A DNA stretch of 64,000 nucleotides from a virus. The position numbers were made by a program, and so were the translations under genes. Where the stretch lies: positions 15,625 to 79,624 of IMG/VR virus record IMGVR_UViG_3300017788_003020, one strand, 5' to 3'. Under the pieces are notes generated by a model, which did not search any database, was not told where the DNA came from, and worked only from the letters and a program-made list of their open reading frames with translations. Below are positions 29,701 through 39,466 of this stretch, in pieces. The first letter of the stretch is position 1, and each line of letters opens with the position of its first letter.

Positions 29701-30359
29701 CAGAAACAAATGTTGGTGACATGCAATCTAACACAAAAGAATATTCTTCATTGGGAACTGAAGCACTTGTAGGCTCTGAACCCATAAGAAATATGAATAT
29801 GTCAAATGCTGACTTAGATATAAACAGCTCTAATTCTAAATTACAGACAAATGTTGAATTATCTGGATATGAACCAACTCAGCCAATATTGGGAGTAGAA
29901 AATTTAACAGGAGCCAAACCTTTAACTAATTTAGTTATGAGAAATTCAGAATTAGTCGGAGCGGATAATAATTCAGGCGCTACAAGAATTGTGAATGTTG
30001 ATTTAGAAGGTGCTCAAAAGCAAACTTCCATGATGAATAAAGATGAATTAAAGGGGGCGGGTAAATTAACATCTATGAATCAAAAAAATGTTAACTTAAA
30101 ACAAGCTGCTCCAAGTAATACTATGGTTCCAAAAAATACAGAATTAATTGGTTTTAATCCGTCAGTTACAATGACTCAAAATGTAGATTTTATAACTATG
30201 TCTTCAAGTGAAACATTGGAAATACAAACTGTTGAACTTGAAGGGAAACCTAAAACTGTGGATGTTTCTATGACAAATGTAGGTTTAAGTGGGTCTTCAA
30301 AAGAAGAGACTTTTCAGATTAAAAATATCTTAGGAATACAACCTCCAAAGACTGATTAA
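26793..30359 (+). CDS. Large putative virion protein with a 16-aa tandem repeat region
   Basis: 1188-aa ORF between neck and baseplate-hub genes. Confidence 0.7.
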   Translation: MVYAADKYLRTFLGLNGIRNPALLANTEYEDPTYPMFHVQFKFGPALPDAKHPDYVANRLLDSGSNPESAISYLKSISEPERAESLSKFIDALKTISEKTPYYFQGISGIDNLMKMHYPVDSKTPFAEQQDILLSVKTLESIDFRILALKDLYNKSVFDRKYRRWVLPVNLRRFRMRIMIGEYRQMAITEENFSVNPRQLMDTLRDVDIFNASNVGGKLLGRVSEGSLSFIKRLQWWDNHFSCLVFDCHDCEFEMNSAPEAFSNLSHGDSLRNPLTNSFGIRVGRVVNTNVYSLLKFVLTDDILYQSFLRAQAQSTTKNSTADDKKYGNIMKKLTKEDTEEKAAILSKQYQQIFKPVYDSWGSYQNLLREKGDNKRVILENRDFESAVSADLNEGLGALGIGDALGNGTNFGPGLGSVGNFVGDTLSGLAQEALGMATEQVTKNVFDNALYNSIAGTALGVLNGDLNAAARNFTNPALAAQLGINLEFSNNPVPPNLRDGVPSKLDLTPPNVQRSLTDVRANLTGEGADPRFQAIGRPGQSLFSNPESIEKAMQPQTIEFTEVRKETKMSTTNVEFTEVKKETRLNPQKETLVGATPKKTFDSTNADLQGAQALKDLTPSNADLTGAQPIRDLNPTNADLQGAQALKDLTPSNADLTGAQPIRDLNPTNADLEGAQPIRDLNPTNADLEGAQPLKDLTPSNADLQGARPLKDLTPSNADLTGAEPIKDLTPSNADLTGAEPIKDLKPSNADLQGAQPLKDLTPSNADLEGAQPIRDLNPINADLIGSQPLKDLTPSNADLQGAQPIRDLTPSNADLQGAQAIKDLTPSNADLQGAEAIKDLTPSNVGLQGIQPMRDLNTTNADLTGAEAIRDLTPSNADLQGTQPIRDLTPSNADLQGASAQRAFTETNADLNGASPSMRFDNDNVKLEGKLSSDKFNSSNVGFTGSSTKTVNNLGVENLEGKDALREFTETNVGDMQSNTKEYSSLGTEALVGSEPIRNMNMSNADLDINSSNSKLQTNVELSGYEPTQPILGVENLTGAKPLTNLVMRNSELVGADNNSGATRIVNVDLEGAQKQTSMMNKDELKGAGKLTSMNQKNVNLKQAAPSNTMVPKNTELIGFNPSVTMTQNVDFITMSSSETLEIQTVELEGKPKTVDVSMTNVGLSGSSKEETFQIKNILGIQPPKTD
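28598..29560 (+). repeat. ~20 tandem 48-nt units encoding TPSNADL(Q/T/E)GA(Q/E)P(I/L)(K/R)DL
   Basis: Seen directly in DNA (aatgcagattt...) and protein. Confidence 0.95.
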
Positions 30360-30391
30360 CTAAGTTTATTTTTTTAGGATATATACTAATT

Positions 30392-31141
30392 ATGAACAGA
30401 AATCACACTTATTTTGGTAAAGTAGTCATAAGCGATGACCCAGAAAGAATGGGTAGATGTAAGGTTAGAATCTTAGGTGTTCTTGATGAACTTAAAGATG
30501 AAGATTTACCTTGGGCTTTTCCTGCATATAATTCTACTTTTGCAGGAGGAGAATCAAAAGGGTATGGTTCTATAAGTGTTCCTAAAAAAGATACAGTAGT
30601 TAGAGTAAGATTTGAAAATGGAGATGTGTATACCCCAGTTTATTGGAGTATACCGATTGTAAATGAAGCTATGAAAGCTGAGATAGATGCTTCATATCTT
30701 AATTCTCATGTTTTAACATATGATGAAGATGAAGATATGAAAGTTCTTTATAGTCCATCTATTGGTCTTAAATATCATCTAAATGGCTCACATCTTACTA
30801 TCAATCCAGATAATTCTATAACTATTGAGCATGAGGCAACACAGTCTGTTATCGAATTGAATGGCTCAAATATAACTATCGTTGCGAATAATCAAACGGA
30901 AATAACTGCTCCTACGAAGATAGAAATTAATAGTTCTTATGTTCATGTAAATGGAGTAAAAACAGAGCTTGGTGCGGCTCCTGTATTTTCAAATATATGC
31001 GCAGAACCACTTTGGGTTTTTCTCAAAGCTCTTGCGGCAGCTACTGATGCTAAATGGCCACCTTCACCTGGAGTTTTATCAGGTTTAGCGGCGACAGCCG
31101 AGGTAGCAAGCACTTCAAAAACAGTAAAAACATCTCTATAA
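30392..31141 (+). CDS. Baseplate hub/spike protein (gp5/gpV-like N-terminal OB fold plus beta-helix, no lysozyme domain)
   Basis: GKVVISDDPERMGRCKVRILG, LPWA, VPKKDTVVRVRFENGD. Confidence 0.85.
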   Translation: MNRNHTYFGKVVISDDPERMGRCKVRILGVLDELKDEDLPWAFPAYNSTFAGGESKGYGSISVPKKDTVVRVRFENGDVYTPVYWSIPIVNEAMKAEIDASYLNSHVLTYDEDEDMKVLYSPSIGLKYHLNGSHLTINPDNSITIEHEATQSVIELNGSNITIVANNQTEITAPTKIEINSSYVHVNGVKTELGAAPVFSNICAEPLWVFLKALAAATDAKWPPSPGVLSGLAATAEVASTSKTVKTSL

Positions 31142-31147
31142 AATACA

Positions 31148-34100
31148 ATGGTTCAATCTTTATTACAAATAACACCATACGCTTTAGTTGAATACAACTA
31201 TGATATAACAGAGTTGGGAACGGAAGATATATCATTTATTTTAATAGATTCTTCATATACGAATTCTCGTCAAATACTAAACGAAACAAAGGGAAATAAT
31301 CCAACTTCTAATATATTGGATAGGTCTGCTGTTAGACTATCCGATACAAGAACTTGGGGTTATTTAGACCAAGATAGACCTATACCCTACAATATTCTTG
31401 ATGCATCGAATTTAATTTCAAATAATTTAAGTGAAATTACAAATACGAATTGGCCAGTAAAATATGAAACTGTAAAGTTGCATTTACTTTCTGGATACAA
31501 TTTAGAAGACTTGGATGGTCTTTTATTATCAATAGAATATCCAGAGGTTTCTGGTAAAACTAATGTTGTAGCTCAGATTGCTTATTTGAAAGGCGATGAG
31601 TATGTAAACTTAAACCCAAGACCTATCATCATAAATGGGATTACTTATGATAGATATATCGAGGTTCAGATTCCATCTTTGTATTATTTGAATTCTGCTT
31701 TTTATGCAACACCTACAAGCGCTTCTTTGGCTTATTGGTTAACATCCGATAACAAAGGTTTCGTAAGAGAAGGCTTAATCAATATAACTCTGAGGGAGAT
31801 TGCAACATCATCAGATGATGGTTCAAAACTTTTACTTACAACAGGAAATGAGAGAAGCGTATCTTTCAAACAAAGAGATGCTTATAGCTCTCTTGTAGCT
31901 GTTTTGAAAGAAAATGAAGAGGAAGATTGTTTTGAGTATTATCCAACATGGGAAGGTAATTTCATAGAAGATTTAGTTGCTAACTTAAATGGGATAGGTG
32001 GAGATTATTATGTTTTCCACGAACTTTATGTATATGAGCAAGTTGGATTTAGTCAAATAAAAACAGATTATTTCGTTTCCTTACAAGAAGGCGACTTCAA
32101 TTCCCCAAAGAAATTTAGACCTGTTTTGAAACAAGCAGATTCTGCATATTCTTTTAGCATTGACTATGTTATGCGTCTGACTGACAGGGGCAGTGGTAAT
32201 CAAATAATTAGGATGGCAAGTTTAACCTCATTCGACCCCAAACGATATGGTAGAAAGATAGAGAAGGTAAATCTCGATGGTTCTGTAAAATCATTCAAAA
32301 TTTATAATAAGATTGTAGAAGAAAATAAACTTAGCATAAATAAAAAGTCTGTAGAAAGGAAAATAGAAAAACTCTATACTCCCACATTTTTTGATTTTAA
32401 TGAAGTTGCAGTAAATACATCAAATGTTATTCTAAAATCAGATGGGACTTTTACAAGTGAATCTGTTTGGAATTGGGATGTTATATTTGGTCAAGGTGAG
32501 GCTATAATTCTTTTACATCCTTTTGAGAATTATGTTAAATTCAAATTACATAGATTCTTAGAAGCAAATAAAACTCAATACTTAGATTTAAGATATGAAG
32601 TTGATTTATTCTTAGTAATAGAATATGCTGGAAAGCAAGTAAGATTTTCTAAGGTTGATGGGTTTTACTCAACAAATTTAGCAGAAGGTGAAGTTATATT
32701 TAAGATACCTACCAGAGAAGCTAATGCGATATATGCAAACGAAGGTGGAACATTTTACATAACTTCAAAAGTCCCTTCTTTCATTAAAGTTAAAGTAAAA
32801 GACAATTTCATAGGCGGTATTGCAAATAGAGAAGCTAATATAATATCAAAGGAATTCTACTCTAAAGGTGAGACAGATAACTTAGAATTGATATTTGAAG
32901 GAACTACTTATTTTGTTCCAAAGAATATGCTACAAGTAATCCAAGTTATACCAAATGGTTCTGGTGTTAGTGAAACAACACTTTACACAGGAAAATGGAG
33001 AAGAATGCAAGAAGCTGATAAAGTTAAAGACGAAATTGAAAACATTAGGAAAGCAGAGCTCGAAAAAGTAATAAATCAGATTAGAACTTCTCAATTATCT
33101 CTAAATGCAAGACAAACAGAATTAGACAAAAAATCCGCTGAGCTCTTAGCTCTTGAAGCAAAACTCACAGCACAATCTGCTTCTTTGACTTCAAAGGATA
33201 GTTTGCTTAATAATTTACAACAAGATTTAACCTCAAGGGATAAAGTTTTATCTCAAAGAGAAAAGGAATTGAGAGATAATGCCAAAAAAGCTGCTGATGC
33301 TGAAAATGCTAATATAGCCGCCTTTCAAAACCAATTAAATAAAATCTTAGATGCTATTGAGAACATAGATACCTCTGGTTCTGGAACAGGTGGAGGAACA
33401 GGTGGAGGAACAGGTGGAGGACAAGGCTCTAATACAGATGAAGGCGGAGGAACAGGCTCAGGCACAGGCACGGGAACAGGCACAGGAACGGGAACAGGCA
33501 CGGGAACAGGCACAGGCTCAGGTACAGGTGGAGGAACAGGTACAGGTGGAGGAACAGGTTCTGGAACAAGAGTTACCGCGAAGGATGTTATAAATTCTAC
33601 TGGCACATTTAATAACAGAGTATCTAATAATGTTACAATAACGAATGTTGCTTCAAGGATAAACTATGTTGATTTTGCAGGACGTTCTGGTAATGATTTA
33701 GGAGTTCTACCAGGCCTTGGTCTTAAACCATTAGATACGGATTCTGGGCTTAATAGTTCTCAAAAAGGTTTCGGTATAGCTAATTCAGGTTCAAAAGTAG
33801 GTGGAACTACAGCTACATTCGTAGGCTCAAAATCAAGCCTAACTTTACCTAAATCGACTACAAGTGCAAATCGTTCAAATAACTTTACAGATAGTTATAG
33901 TAATACTGGTGTAGGTAACAATAAAAAGTTAAATAACAATGCAGACTCAAACTCAGGCTCTTCATCTACACCACCAGCAGGGAATACAGAAAAGGTAGTT
34001 ATTGGTAAAATAAAAGATTGGATTGTAGGATTAGATAATGAATCTCAATTCTTCCAGACTGATATTAATCTCAATAAAGTATTTTCAAGAAATTCCGCAG

Positions 34101-34444
34101 TTAATTCAAGATATCTCTGCGAATTACAGGTTGATACAATTAAATATTTATCAGTTGGAGATATTTTAGTAAGTAGTGATGGGTATGTAAATGTTCAAAT
34201 TACAAGCGTAACTACACCAAATAAAGTAATAGCTCTTTGGTTAAAAGGAACAAAGGAATATCCTACCAATAATCCTTTTATCAACTTAGGAATCACAAGC
34301 ACAACAGGAACTCAATATATCTATAATACAGCCTTATACGATACAAACAAGATTTCTTGGACGATAATCAAGCCTGTCCCTGAAGATAAAGGGAAGGGTG
34401 GCGGAGGCGGAGGAGAAGGCTCTTCAGTTAAACGACCATTATAA
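31148..34444 (+). CDS. Large virion structural protein with coiled coil and Gly-Thr linker
   Basis: 1098-aa ORF in the structural operon. Confidence 0.65.
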   Translation: MVQSLLQITPYALVEYNYDITELGTEDISFILIDSSYTNSRQILNETKGNNPTSNILDRSAVRLSDTRTWGYLDQDRPIPYNILDASNLISNNLSEITNTNWPVKYETVKLHLLSGYNLEDLDGLLLSIEYPEVSGKTNVVAQIAYLKGDEYVNLNPRPIIINGITYDRYIEVQIPSLYYLNSAFYATPTSASLAYWLTSDNKGFVREGLINITLREIATSSDDGSKLLLTTGNERSVSFKQRDAYSSLVAVLKENEEEDCFEYYPTWEGNFIEDLVANLNGIGGDYYVFHELYVYEQVGFSQIKTDYFVSLQEGDFNSPKKFRPVLKQADSAYSFSIDYVMRLTDRGSGNQIIRMASLTSFDPKRYGRKIEKVNLDGSVKSFKIYNKIVEENKLSINKKSVERKIEKLYTPTFFDFNEVAVNTSNVILKSDGTFTSESVWNWDVIFGQGEAIILLHPFENYVKFKLHRFLEANKTQYLDLRYEVDLFLVIEYAGKQVRFSKVDGFYSTNLAEGEVIFKIPTREANAIYANEGGTFYITSKVPSFIKVKVKDNFIGGIANREANIISKEFYSKGETDNLELIFEGTTYFVPKNMLQVIQVIPNGSGVSETTLYTGKWRRMQEADKVKDEIENIRKAELEKVINQIRTSQLSLNARQTELDKKSAELLALEAKLTAQSASLTSKDSLLNNLQQDLTSRDKVLSQREKELRDNAKKAADAENANIAAFQNQLNKILDAIENIDTSGSGTGGGTGGGTGGGQGSNTDEGGGTGSGTGTGTGTGTGTGTGTGTGSGTGGGTGTGGGTGSGTRVTAKDVINSTGTFNNRVSNNVTITNVASRINYVDFAGRSGNDLGVLPGLGLKPLDTDSGLNSSQKGFGIANSGSKVGGTTATFVGSKSSLTLPKSTTSANRSNNFTDSYSNTGVGNNKKLNNNADSNSGSSSTPPAGNTEKVVIGKIKDWIVGLDNESQFFQTDINLNKVFSRNSAVNSRYLCELQVDTIKYLSVGDILVSSDGYVNVQITSVTTPNKVIALWLKGTKEYPTNNPFINLGITSTTGTQYIYNTALYDTNKISWTIIKPVPEDKGKGGGGGGEGSSVKRPL
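33376..33568 (+). repeat. Gly/Thr low-complexity repeat (GGAACAGG units)
   Basis: Seen directly. Confidence 0.9.
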
Positions 34445-34458
34445 AATTTCATTCTTAA

Positions 34459-35004
34459 ATGATACTAAATGCCAGACAAAACTTATTTGATTTTAGATTC
34501 CCAAAGGGATTTTTCTTTCCAGAAATAGAAGAGAAGTATAAGCCGTATATTAGGGCTTTACCTTTGCCTATTGATAATGTATCAGATTTCATAAATCATA
34601 CAATACAATCATTTAGGATGCCTTCTATATCTGTTCCTTCCGCAGAACAAAGACTAAGTGCAAGAAGAACACTTTGGAGGGGAGGTTTACCTTTTCATTT
34701 ACTAACAGACCAGAAATTCTCCGTTACTTTCAAATTAACTGAAGGTTATGTGAATTATTTCATCATATATGACCAACTTCGTCTATTTCTTGAATTTTCA
34801 AATGAAATAGAATATCTACCTACATGTAAACTTAGGCTATTAGACTATGGTGGAAAAGAATTTGTTTCTATTAGACTTCAACAAATAACCATGGTTGGAA
34901 TAGGAACTCTTGAACTAAGTTTCACATCCGCTTTGCCTCAACAAAGTAATTTTACCTGCGATTTCACATTCAATATTTTTGAATTAGAGAAAGAATATCA
35001 ATAA
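34459..35004 (+). CDS. Tail-tube-fold protein (T4 gp3/gp19/gp54-like)
   Basis: QSFRMPSIS, FSVTFKLTEGYVNY, FTCDFTF pattern; structural context. Confidence 0.55.
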   Translation: MILNARQNLFDFRFPKGFFFPEIEEKYKPYIRALPLPIDNVSDFINHTIQSFRMPSISVPSAEQRLSARRTLWRGGLPFHLLTDQKFSVTFKLTEGYVNYFIIYDQLRLFLEFSNEIEYLPTCKLRLLDYGGKEFVSIRLQQITMVGIGTLELSFTSALPQQSNFTCDFTFNIFELEKEYQ

Positions 35005-35054
35005 TATTCCTTATATTTGCATACAAATTTTCAATTACATAAGGAGGTATTTGT

Positions 35055-35765
35055 ATGTATAATATTGCATATCTTAGAAACTGTTTGTTTTTTGATATCG
35101 AAACAGTAGGGAGATGTCAAACATTTGATGAATGTTTGGAAAAAGAACCTGTCGTAGCTGACATTTGGTTGGAAAAAGGTTCTATGATGGATAAGTTCAA
35201 ATCTAACCCAGAGGGATTTTATGAAACTAATGCGGGTCTTTATCCTGAATATGGAAAAATTATTTGTATTTCTTTTGGGTATTGGGATACATCAGATAAG
35301 AAATGGAAAATAGAGTGTCTTGATGAATCCAATATGACTGAAAAAGAAATGCTTTTTGAATTCGGTAAAAGATTAAATACTGATTTTAGAAATCATGTTC
35401 TTTCAGGGTATAATATCAAAAATTTTGATATCCCATATGTTTACAGAAGAATGCTCGCTAACAAGATACTTCCACCATCTCAAATAGATAATGGCGATAA
35501 AAAACCATGGGAAGTTAGAGCATATGATTTGTATAGAACTTGGACTGAATCCAGTGGAATAGTTGGAATGTGTAACTTTGAATTAGTATGCACATTGATG
35601 GGAGTTCCTTCATCAAAGGGCGGTTCAGTTAAAGGTAAGTATGTTTCTAAAGCATATTACGAAGGAAGGATAAAAGAAATTAGCGAATATTGCGAAAGAG
35701 ATGTAGAAGCATCTATAAAATTAGCAATAGAATTTTCGGCGGAAAAACTTGAAGAAACAATATAA
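35055..35765 (+). CDS. Stand-alone DEDD 3'-5' exonuclease (PolB-related exo2 family)
   Basis: FFDIETV, GYNIKNFDIPY, YCERDV; TATATTTG at 35012-35019. Confidence 0.85.
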   Translation: MYNIAYLRNCLFFDIETVGRCQTFDECLEKEPVVADIWLEKGSMMDKFKSNPEGFYETNAGLYPEYGKIICISFGYWDTSDKKWKIECLDESNMTEKEMLFEFGKRLNTDFRNHVLSGYNIKNFDIPYVYRRMLANKILPPSQIDNGDKKPWEVRAYDLYRTWTESSGIVGMCNFELVCTLMGVPSSKGGSVKGKYVSKAYYEGRIKEISEYCERDVEASIKLAIEFSAEKLEETI

Positions 35766-35798
35766 AAAAGTAGAACTTAAATGTTCTCCTTTTTATTT

Positions 35799-36572
35799 TT
35801 AAAGTTCATCGAACAGCTCTTTGAAACTTGGAATATTTCTATACTTAGAAAGAGACCAAATTTTTTCAAGTTCTGAGTATTTAGATGTCTTCAATATATG
35901 ATTTATTGGTGTATTAGAAGTTGCTCTTTCGATATAAGGACTTTTACCTTTTTTCCAAGCAACATAATTCAAAAGTTCATATTCGGTGTGCGTATCTTTT
36001 GGTATAATATGATATGTGCCTTCTTTTATTTGGGTATGGTTTTCTACTATAGTTTGAATTAAAGAGTTAAGAGCAGTTTTAGTTATCATTGAACGTTTTA
36101 TATCAATAGCACCATGATACACTCTATCTTCCGAAAAGTCTATATTGCTAATTGACATTTCATCAAACAATTCATATCTTAAAGTCCATACTCTGTTGCT
36201 TACAATTTCTTCTTTGGAAATGATTTCTAAAAATTCTTGTTCGGGATTATATTCATCAATTTCTGTAGATTCATTCCAGTTTGAATTTCCAAATACATAT
36301 CCAGATGATGTGAAAATAAATTTAAGATTAGGATATGTTTCATACAAAAATTTAGAAACTCCTGAATGAAATACCCATGGATAGTTTGTATCATAAATTA
36401 CCCACTCTATTGAGTTATTACTTTCCAAAGTCTTAATGATAAATTCTTTTGGATTATCATCTGAATAATCTTCATTAGATACAAAAACACTTGCGTTCCA
36501 TGGTTTTATTACTTTAGATAGTACAAGAACTTTTATTCCTTCGTTATGATGATGAGTTGGTTCTATCTGCAT
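35799..36572 (-). CDS. Divergent RmlD (dTDP-4-dehydrorhamnose reductase)-like protein
   Basis: FIFTSSGYVFG, GTYHI, TEYELL, INHIL resemble the RmlD C-half; GxxGxxG and YxxxK not evident. Confidence 0.45.
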   Translation of the reverse strand: MQIEPTHHHNEGIKVLVLSKVIKPWNASVFVSNEDYSDDNPKEFIIKTLESNNSIEWVIYDTNYPWVFHSGVSKFLYETYPNLKFIFTSSGYVFGNSNWNESTEIDEYNPEQEFLEIISKEEIVSNRVWTLRYELFDEMSISNIDFSEDRVYHGAIDIKRSMITKTALNSLIQTIVENHTQIKEGTYHIIPKDTHTEYELLNYVAWKKGKSPYIERATSNTPINHILKTSKYSELEKIWSLSKYRNIPSFKELFDEL

Positions 36573-36608
36573 GAGGGTATATCCTAACTTTATTACTGGA
36601 ATTTATAG

Positions 36609-37313
36609 TTATAGTGAATTTTCAGGATTTTGTTCTTCTTCGTTAGGTTCTTCATATTTTAACTTTATAACATCAATCTTCTGCTCTGTTATTTCGTCAA
36701 TTCTTTTTTCTTCTTCAAAAGTTTTTCGAGTTTCTTCTATCTCAGTTGCATTTTTTATAGCCATGAGAAGATTCTTAGTTCCTCGAAATTTAAGAGACTC
36801 TGAATTAACATTTTCAGTGTTTTCAATCGACAGCTTGTTTTGCTCAAATAATTCACTCTTTAAATCTTTATAGTTTTTCTCCAAAACCATTATAGTTTGG
36901 AGTAATTCTTTGGGTAAATTATTTTTTGTTCCTAAAATAGAAGAAAGAGCGGCATACATCTTATAGTCATCATCTCCAGAATCTATTCTTTCCATGATTT
37001 GAATTACCGCAACATCACTCACAGCTTTTTTCCAAAGAATTTCAGATAAGGCTATTGAATCTATATTCAATCTCTGTTGAATCTTTGGGTCGAGCATATT
37101 TTCATTTGTGACATAAGATTCACAAAATGCTTCTATGATTGGTCTAACACTTTGATTAGTTTCATCAAGAAGTTTTCTGAAATCTGTAAAACCAACCTTT
37201 GGTTTTGTAACAGATTGCATGATTTTAGGGTCTTGGCGTATTTTTCCTTGGAGGTCTTGATTTACCTTTTCAAGTTCTCTAAGTATGTCTATTTCTTGAC
37301 TATTTGAATCCAT
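36609..37313 (-). CDS. Hypothetical protein, possibly terminase small subunit (T4 gp16-like)
   Basis: KMYAALSSIL coiled coil and FRGTKNLLMAIK resemble the gp16 family pattern. Confidence 0.4.
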   Translation of the reverse strand: MDSNSQEIDILRELEKVNQDLQGKIRQDPKIMQSVTKPKVGFTDFRKLLDETNQSVRPIIEAFCESYVTNENMLDPKIQQRLNIDSIALSEILWKKAVSDVAVIQIMERIDSGDDDYKMYAALSSILGTKNNLPKELLQTIMVLEKNYKDLKSELFEQNKLSIENTENVNSESLKFRGTKNLLMAIKNATEIEETRKTFEEEKRIDEITEQKIDVIKLKYEEPNEEEQNPENSL

Positions 37314-37344
37314 ATTGTAACCTTTCTTTAACTATTATATAAAA

Positions 37345-39315
37345 TTATAGCAATTTGTTTGGATGCCCACCAACGTAAGGCAATTTAATTCTTGGTATTG
37401 CATTATCTATGATTAAAGATTGATTAGAATCTGCAACTATTGATTCATTCAAGAATTTTTGCATCTTTTCAGGTTCAATAGTAACTGACATCAATCTTAG
37501 ATTTGTAATCTTCATATAACTTGCAGGTAACTTATACTTGTAAACATGAGATACATCTGTTACTGCAATATCATTATAGGTGTATTCATATAAAACATCC
37601 ATATCTGTAGTTGTAGGCATATTTGTAGCAGGACTCCACTTTCTTTTTAAGATGCTCAAAGAAACTTGCTTATATTTTGCTGAATAATTAAATACCAAAC
37701 AATACCAAGTATCGAGCTCTAACTTGTTAGGCAAAACGAAATTATAATCTATAGTTCCTATTCTTGCTAAAAAGAACCTACCTTCATGTGATTGTAAAAC
37801 CACACCTTTATTAGTATAAATTCCATCTATGAAAACATTTGGTAAGTTCTTTCTTACTTTAACGCCAACATAAAATTCCCATCCTGTAAAATTACCGTCT
37901 ACATAGGCTTTTACCTCTGGTTCAATGCTTATTCTAACTTTGTTAGCGGCTATTTTTTGAATGACTACTCCCCATAGTGAAAACCCACTATCTGCTTTTG
38001 AGAAGGTGACGACTTCTCCTAATTTTGCGCCAATATCGGCATTTGTTGTAATAATATATTCAAGACCATATTCTTCAATATTTGTTACGCTTCTAACGAT
38101 AGTCGTTGGGTTTTTAAGTAAAAACCAACAAGTAAATGCCCTTTCTGCACTTGTATCCCACGAAACAGGAACGAGATAATCTACCATAGTTCTCGTAACT
38201 CCTTCTTTATCAATAGGAGATGCGCTTAAATCATATCTATAATGTGATATAAGTGTATGATAATTGAGTAGGTCTCTTTCTTCTATTTGTAGATTTGGGT
38301 CAATATAGTCTCTAACTTTATCTGAACGCCTTGTTGCGATTGTAAACTGTTGTTCATTCGTTATTTTATCTATTTCATTATCAAGAGCAACACCGAATAA
38401 CTCTTCTGTTGAATTTGATAATTGGTCTATTTCCGACAATAAGCTTTCATCTTTAATAACATTTGCTTTATCAGCATACTTAACAAGAGAAACTATAAAG
38501 TATAAGTCTTTATACATGAAATCTCTATGTGGATAAGAAGAAGATACTTCATATAAACGATTTGTAATAGGAAGATAAATGATATCTCTTTTTTGAGGCA
38601 TTAGTCCTTTTCCAAAAAATGCTTCAAAATATCTTTTGTCTATATGAACTAAAAATGGCTCTTCATAATCAATATTAAATGGATTAAAATTTAATTTTGA
38701 ATCTGGGAATTGATTCTGAGGAACCATAATTTTAAGACACTTATAGTCTTTCGATGATTGATATATGCCATATTCTTTAAGTATAACATCCAAAGAACGC
38801 ATTTGTGGGGTTACACGAATATAAGCGGCATTGTGACCAAATATCTTATTTATATTTAAGGATAGATTCTTTTGAAGCTCAAGGCCTAAATTAACGGCAT
38901 ATGGGTCAAATGAAAAATCGTTTAAGAAAGCTGTTCCGCGAGAGTTACCAACGCTAAAGGCATTCACTGGCGTTGGCATAAAGCTATCTCTTGGGTCTGG
39001 GACTGTTGTTGTAATAAGTTTCCCTATGCTATTTATAGTTATCGGAGAACCCGATGCGAGGATATATTTAAGTTGTAAATATAATATATCTTCGCCTACA
39101 ACATCTATGTTTTGAAGGTTCGTTAAGTTAAATTCTATCCAAGCAGACCAAGTATCTTGGTCATAACTCCAACGAAGTTGGCGGTCTATAGAAGTTCCGT
39201 CATAATCATCATATTGTATATCTTCATCTATTTGATAAGTTTCAATCTTATCAAGATTTGTATAACTTTGGGTTAGAACTATATAATCACCAGGAAGTGA
39301 TAGATATGATGCCAT
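37345..39315 (-). CDS. Neck/head-closure protein (T4 gp14-like) with extra beta domains
   Basis: INKIFGHNAAYI, VHIDKRYFE, PQKRDIIYLPITNRLYEV; GATATATA (minus) at 39342-39349. Confidence 0.65.
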   Translation of the reverse strand: MASYLSLPGDYIVLTQSYTNLDKIETYQIDEDIQYDDYDGTSIDRQLRWSYDQDTWSAWIEFNLTNLQNIDVVGEDILYLQLKYILASGSPITINSIGKLITTTVPDPRDSFMPTPVNAFSVGNSRGTAFLNDFSFDPYAVNLGLELQKNLSLNINKIFGHNAAYIRVTPQMRSLDVILKEYGIYQSSKDYKCLKIMVPQNQFPDSKLNFNPFNIDYEEPFLVHIDKRYFEAFFGKGLMPQKRDIIYLPITNRLYEVSSSYPHRDFMYKDLYFIVSLVKYADKANVIKDESLLSEIDQLSNSTEELFGVALDNEIDKITNEQQFTIATRRSDKVRDYIDPNLQIEERDLLNYHTLISHYRYDLSASPIDKEGVTRTMVDYLVPVSWDTSAERAFTCWFLLKNPTTIVRSVTNIEEYGLEYIITTNADIGAKLGEVVTFSKADSGFSLWGVVIQKIAANKVRISIEPEVKAYVDGNFTGWEFYVGVKVRKNLPNVFIDGIYTNKGVVLQSHEGRFFLARIGTIDYNFVLPNKLELDTWYCLVFNYSAKYKQVSLSILKRKWSPATNMPTTTDMDVLYEYTYNDIAVTDVSHVYKYKLPASYMKITNLRLMSVTIEPEKMQKFLNESIVADSNQSLIIDNAIPRIKLPYVGGHPNKLL

Positions 39316-39466
39316 TTTGATTAAATATAATATTACCCCTCTATATATCTTATATTTTTAAGTGTTTGTATATTCCACAGTAAAAACTTCAGGTTAGAAC
39401 TTTAACATGGTGTAAGCAAAATATGCTAAATTTTAGATATATAAATCTCAAATTAATAGAATAACT

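Noticed and set aside
33325-33606. Pro-Val and Glu-Gln-Ala ORFs overlapping 31148
   Set aside because: Alternative frames of the Gly-Thr repeat
35055-35765. Exonuclease as the missing N-half of the split PolB
   Set aside because: Too short, lacks motif A, belongs to a stand-alone exo family and has its own host-type promoter
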